A DNA stretch of 64,000 bases from Bacteroidota bacterium. GTDB lineage: Bacteria > Bacteroidota > Bacteroidia > Chitinophagales > Chitinophagaceae. Under the pieces are notes generated by a model that did not search any database, had not been told where the DNA came from, and worked only from the letters and a program-made list of their open reading frames with translations. The stretch lies in the NCBI GenBank assembly GCA_031428775.1, contig JANOYH010000332.1:339-64338 (forward strand), written 5' to 3'. Positions 60,901-64,000 of this stretch are shown here, in pieces. Both the position numbers and the translations under genes were made by a program. Within the stretch, counting starts at the first letter, position 1. Each line of letters begins with the position of its first letter.

Positions 60901-63900
60901 CCCCAAGTTAGGATTACCCATGATAGAAAATGTTTTGTTGCCAATCTTTTCTCTATAAATATTGCTCACTAGTGCTGATGCACTATTCCTTCTAAGCTTA
61001 AGATCTATCAATTCACGCAAACTAAAATCAAGGTTATTTTCAACGGGCCAAACGGCTTCTTCCTGTCCAACTGCATACCTTCCAGCTGGTGTAATATTCA
61101 AGGGTACTTTTATTTCGTAGTAGTTATTCAAGAAGTCTTGACCAATGCGCACAACTGCATTTACTTCTCCATTTTTTAAAGGCCTTTGTCCAGTTACAGA
61201 CTCTGCATGCACAAACATAGAAAGCTTACCATACTGTCTGATGTCAAGGTTCAAAGTTTTGAAAACAGCCCTTGAATCGCCAGAGAAAAGGTCTCTCACT
61301 TGCATACTCATACTCTGTTCATTCTGTAATAGGTTGACACCATTATTGCTCAACTGTTGCACCCTTTCAATACCCGGAGGAATTAAATAGTTTACAGGTT
61401 GTCTGCTACTATTCTCTTCTAAGTTAACAGCCAGTGTATTAAACCTTGTACCCGCTGCATTGTTTATTGGCGTATAACTTCCCGTGGTATCTAAGTTATA
61501 AGTAAACTGACGCCATTGGTTTCTAACTAAGTCGAGTCGCGCAAAGCGCAACGTTACAGAATCTTCAAAGTCAGATAAATACATCCGCATAAAACGAATG
61601 GACTTAAAATCTGGAATGCCCCCAATTTTTCTACTATAATTTTTAATGGGTACGCGAAATAAAAACCAATCTTCTTGTCGCACTACCCCATCAGCAGAGT
61701 TAACAGTAACCTTTCTTTTGTCTGTAATATAGGGCGTGTTACCCACATCCATACCCGGCCTTAAATTAAGTTCGTACTCGTAATAGGCTTCAGTTTCATT
61801 TAAGGTATTGTCTCTATTTAAATCTTCGTTATCAGGATAAAGAGTTGCAGCTGGCGTAAACTGACCAGTAGTGCCGGCAAGCGGTGAATTACCTTGAGGG
61901 TTATTGATGTTTTTATACCTTCCTAAAATACCCGTTCCCGATGCATCAAAATTAGCGTCTCTATACCACTTATAGTTATCAGTTGAAGGATCGGAAATGG
62001 CATTTTGATAAGCTATAGAGCCAGTCCCAAAATTATTGGCAACCTTATTCAATACATAACCCTTTTTTCTACGCTCATCATTATCTTCCAAGCCATCAAA
62101 CCCAACGTCTTGATAAACGCGGTCGTTCGGGTCATTACTAAAAGCTTGTGTAATCTGAATAGGATTCACCGGCGTTTTGCCCCAAGTATTACTGCTATCA
62201 ACCGCCGCTTTAATAGTAGGCGTGTTCATACCATTTTCATAAAAGCGTTTTCCATCTTTTAAAACGTCTTCACTCACATTACCAAAGTTGAGTAACATTT
62301 TCCCGCCCTTACTACTAGGGTTTTTGATAAATGGATCTTGAATCCAAAATTCTATAAACTCAATATTGCCCGTTTCAAAATCTGTTTGATCAATAGAACG
62401 CATCAATCCACCCCATCTACTTGCGGGCTTTAATAATTTACCATTACTACTCAACTCTGTAGTGCGTGATTCAAAATTATAGGGCCCTTTCTCTGTAGGA
62501 TAGTAAGAAAGGTCAAATGTGGCCGTTTGCACATCCGTAATATTGGTGGTTCTTTGAGGGAACAATTCATTGGTAAAAACTTGTCGCACCCTCGGATCAC
62601 TCAGCTCGGTAAGGTTTCTGCGCAAAGGGTTACTCGGACTATTCTTGTCCTGCAAATTGGGTTCAATATTATACCATGATAATTTAGCACGATTAAAGTT
62701 GTAGTCGATCGAATCATTCAACCCAGCTTCCGGAAATTTGGGATTACCCTGTGGTGTAGATGCTAATGCCCAAGCAACAAAAGGAAAGCGCATATCAATA
62801 CTTGTTCTCGTTGCTTCATAATCGTCAATATAAATCAAGCCCTGATCTCCCTTACCAATTTGCGGTGGATGCCCTGGTTTTAACATGGCTGCTTCTCCAT
62901 AAGCGGTTATGGAAGATTTTGCTTTTGTACTATAATTGGGAAGCCTATTTAATAGTCTAGTTAGTCCGGGTAATTCCGATCGATAATTAAAATCAATACC
63001 AAACATCGTATTCCTTATAGGATCATCACCATAACCCATCTTGGTAAAAAAAGGTCGCTCCCCTAAGCGTACTACCGAAGCGCCAATGCTCAATTTTTTG
63101 CTGGCAATATAGTCGGCCCGAGCAGCTGCAAATCCCCTTTGTTGCACCCCAAAACCTGCATTGTTTTCAAATGAAACTTGCACAGGAATATTAGAACTTA
63201 AGATGGCCTGATTTAAAATTTTTACATTACCCAAACTGTAGTCCACTACATAGTCAGATCCTTCACGCAGTATTTGTCCACCTGCCGTTACCGAAACCGA
63301 CCCTGGTGGAATATTAAAGGTATTCAAAGAAATTTCTGAGCCCCCACTTCCTTTCACTTGACCTTGCATTACAAACCTGTTTAGGTTGGCATAGGTCTGT
63401 GCAATGGCTTTGATAGAATCGTACAATGCATAGTAAATATATTTCCTTTTGATGGCGGCAGATTGTCCGGCAAAAGCAAGGGTATCTAAGTCTCTACCAA
63501 AGGGTTCCAGTACAGGGAAAATAACTCTACCTAAAACGGGAAGAATCGTAAATCCTTCCACATAGTCAAACACTCCATCGGGTTGTGGATCGTTTCTGCT
63601 ATTGAGTCGGTCGAGGTTCAATATTTTCAACAAAGGCTGTCCACTTACACTAGGCGAAGTTTCTGGAAGATACCTTTTTAAACCACCGCTTGGTTCTTCA
63701 AAGAGTACATTTAATTTGAAGTCTTCTCTTTGAATACCGCCAAACAAATCCAGTGAATACACGTTCTTCATCATCAATCCCCATAGTGGTAATTGAATGC
63801 GTTGCGATGTTGCTTTCAACAGTTTCAACATCAACACTTTTTGTACACCCTTTGTTGAATCCAATGCCACGTCTTGTGAGAACTCACCCACTTGATAAAC

Positions 63901-63999
63901 CTTTCCGTTATACGTATATTGATAAGCCACTGCTAACACTTCATCTGCTTGCAGTTGACTAGATACTGAAACAAAGCCTACTTGTGGATTGAAAAAATA
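57958..63999 (-). CDS. sprA: T9SS outer-membrane translocon SprA (Sov), partial; 5' end outside window
   Basis: Frame open to the window edge (YFFNPQVGF...EVLAVAYQY); LWGLMMKNVY, IYIDDYE, RWGGLMR, EDLNRDNTLNE, PDFKSIRFMRMY; more than 2000 aa. Confidence 0.96.
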   Translation of the reverse strand, partial: YFFNPQVGFVSVSSQLQADEVLAVAYQYTYNGKVYQVGEFSQDVALDSTKGVQKVLMLKLLKATSQRIQLPLWGLMMKNVYSLDLFGGIQREDFKLNVLFEEPSGGLKRYLPETSPSVSGQPLLKILNLDRLNSRNDPQPDGVFDYVEGFTILPVLGRVIFPVLEPFGRDLDTLAFAGQSAAIKRKYIYYALYDSIKAIAQTYANLNRFVMQGQVKGSGGSEISLNTFNIPPGSVSVTAGGQILREGSDYVVDYSLGNVKILNQAILSSNIPVQVSFENNAGFGVQQRGFAAARADYIASKKLSIGASVVRLGERPFFTKMGYGDDPIRNTMFGIDFNYRSELPGLTRLLNRLPNYSTKAKSSITAYGEAAMLKPGHPPQIGKGDQGLIYIDDYEATRTSIDMRFPFVAWALASTPQGNPKFPEAGLNDSIDYNFNRAKLSWYNIEPNLQDKNSPSNPLRRNLTELSDPRVRQVFTNELFPQRTTNITDVQTATFDLSYYPTEKGPYNFESRTTELSSNGKLLKPASRWGGLMRSIDQTDFETGNIEFIEFWIQDPFIKNPSSKGGKMLLNFGNVSEDVLKDGKRFYENGMNTPTIKAAVDSSNTWGKTPVNPIQITQAFSNDPNDRVYQDVGFDGLEDNDERRKKGYVLNKVANNFGTGSIAYQNAISDPSTDNYKWYRDANFDASGTGILGRYKNINNPQGNSPLAGTTGQFTPAATLYPDNEDLNRDNTLNETEAYYEYELNLRPGMDVGNTPYITDKRKVTVNSADGVVRQEDWFLFRVPIKNYSRKIGGIPDFKSIRFMRMYLSDFEDSVTLRFARLDLVRNQWRQFTYNLDTTGSYTPINNAAGTRFNTLAVNLEENSSRQPVNYLIPPGIERVQQLSNNGVNLLQNEQSMSMQVRDLFSGDSRAVFKTLNLDIRQYGKLSMFVHAESVTGQRPLKNGEVNAVVRIGQDFLNNYYEIKVPLNITPAGRYAVGQEEAVWPVENNLDFSLRELIDLKLRRNSASALVSNIYREKIGNKTFSIMGNPNLGEVRGFLIAVENPYKIDGPIVNTEVWINELRLSDLDENGGWAALGRVDLALADLGTISVSANTHTQGFGTIEQRVNERARDNLVQFDAAANINAGKLLPKAARLSIPVYASISKTIRTPEYDPFDKDVKYNEKLSRNPSKKDSIKAAALDETTIKTLNFTNIRVAPSGKAGLFKLSNLDVSYSFTQMEQTSPVILDNKVTRHRGGLGYTFIGQSKFIEPLRTKIKSKSPWLGLIRDLNFNLNPSLLSFRADINRQFGEFIPRIVNSYDSKVERVDTTYDKYFAYDRFYNAQWDITRKLNFNFTATNNSRVDEPYGRLDTKEKKDSVRNNFLSGGRNTLYQQRATLNWDIPLGKLPFTDWITARYAYAATYNWIGASRVALSLGNTIENSQENNFNTQFNFTNLYAKSKWLRSIDNIPMPKQQTSTANVDKKSKKGKSNLLNGTDVKNSPNNNALGFAIPTKEEALKGLTGKLRKDALHKWRQQKKDERTAIRLAKANQPMELSGFSRGLGKVVTMVKTVQLNYSANYRSRVPGYMDSSKIIGQNWKSMEPGLDYIFGKQPDTNWLNQKASQGLISKDSNFNYLTRQNFEQRFGITAQIEPIRELVIDINLDKSFTKEYSELFKDTLGAGRPEHLNPLSAGGFSVSYIAINTLFGKQNPNEVSETFQTFEANRLIISKRVANENPYWLALPPGQKFTADGYAKGYGRYSQDVLVPAFIAAYSGKDPNSVGLIKQSNANISSNPFSGILPRPNWRMTYTGLTKLPSVAAVFSAITITHGYKGTLSMNSYTSALLYRDPFRLGAPSFIDTVSGNFIPYFLVPNITMEEQFAPLFGIEVTTNNKVNLKFEYRKSRTLSMSLIDYQLSETRSTEWTFGGSFRKRGVNLPFKLPGMKAKKLNNDLNFKLDLSVRDVAMSNSRLDQTSAYGTGGQKEIVIQPAIDYVINNRINIKFFFDQRKVIPYISTSSPITNTRAGVNVRISLAQ

Positions 64000-64000
64000 T

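Noticed and set aside
2405-63962. The many 60-172 aa antisense or alternate-frame ORFs in the track (e.g. 15292..15810, 52521..52913)
   Set aside because: They lie within well-supported genes and have no motifs; treated as shadow ORFs
1-64000. CRISPR arrays, IS elements, prophage or defence genes, rRNA
   Set aside because: No spaced repeat arrays, transposase, integrase, phage structural or rRNA signatures were seen

Overview
An AT-rich Bacteroidota window (SusC/SusD pairs, SprA, TAnnTTTG promoters); Chitinophagaceae-like by gene style, which is an inference. Layout: (1) 1-11.4 kb: end of a GH92 gene, then an ROK-regulated SusC/SusD locus with N-acylglucosamine 2-epimerase, an exported FAD oxidoreductase with an SLH-like tail and an HGSNAT/DUF5009-like membrane protein, but no hydrolase inside the unit. 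(2) 11.4-15 kb: xylA-tal-xylB. (3) 15.2-42.9 kb: a large xylan utilisation locus (SusC/D, three GH43, GH30, GH127/146, GH115, GH10, GPH transporter, three esterases, two LacI regulators). Its SusC has an in-frame TAA, and a decayed 1.9-kb zone holds stubs of a third LacI and a GH51. A palindromic LacI-type operator (TGTAACCGWTTACA) occurs three times intact and once degenerate. (4) 42.8-64 kb: mostly housekeeping: SDR-coaBC/panC-panB, CHRD lipoprotein, a hidden beta-propeller sensor fragment, Fic, tRNA-Pro/tRNA-Ser, dnaA with DnaA boxes, a split 5'-nucleotidase, DUF3127, FAD dehydrogenase, S1/P1 nuclease, ABC exporter and partial sprA. No CRISPR array, transposase, integrase or rRNA was seen. 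All family calls come from motif recognition by eye; no database search was run.
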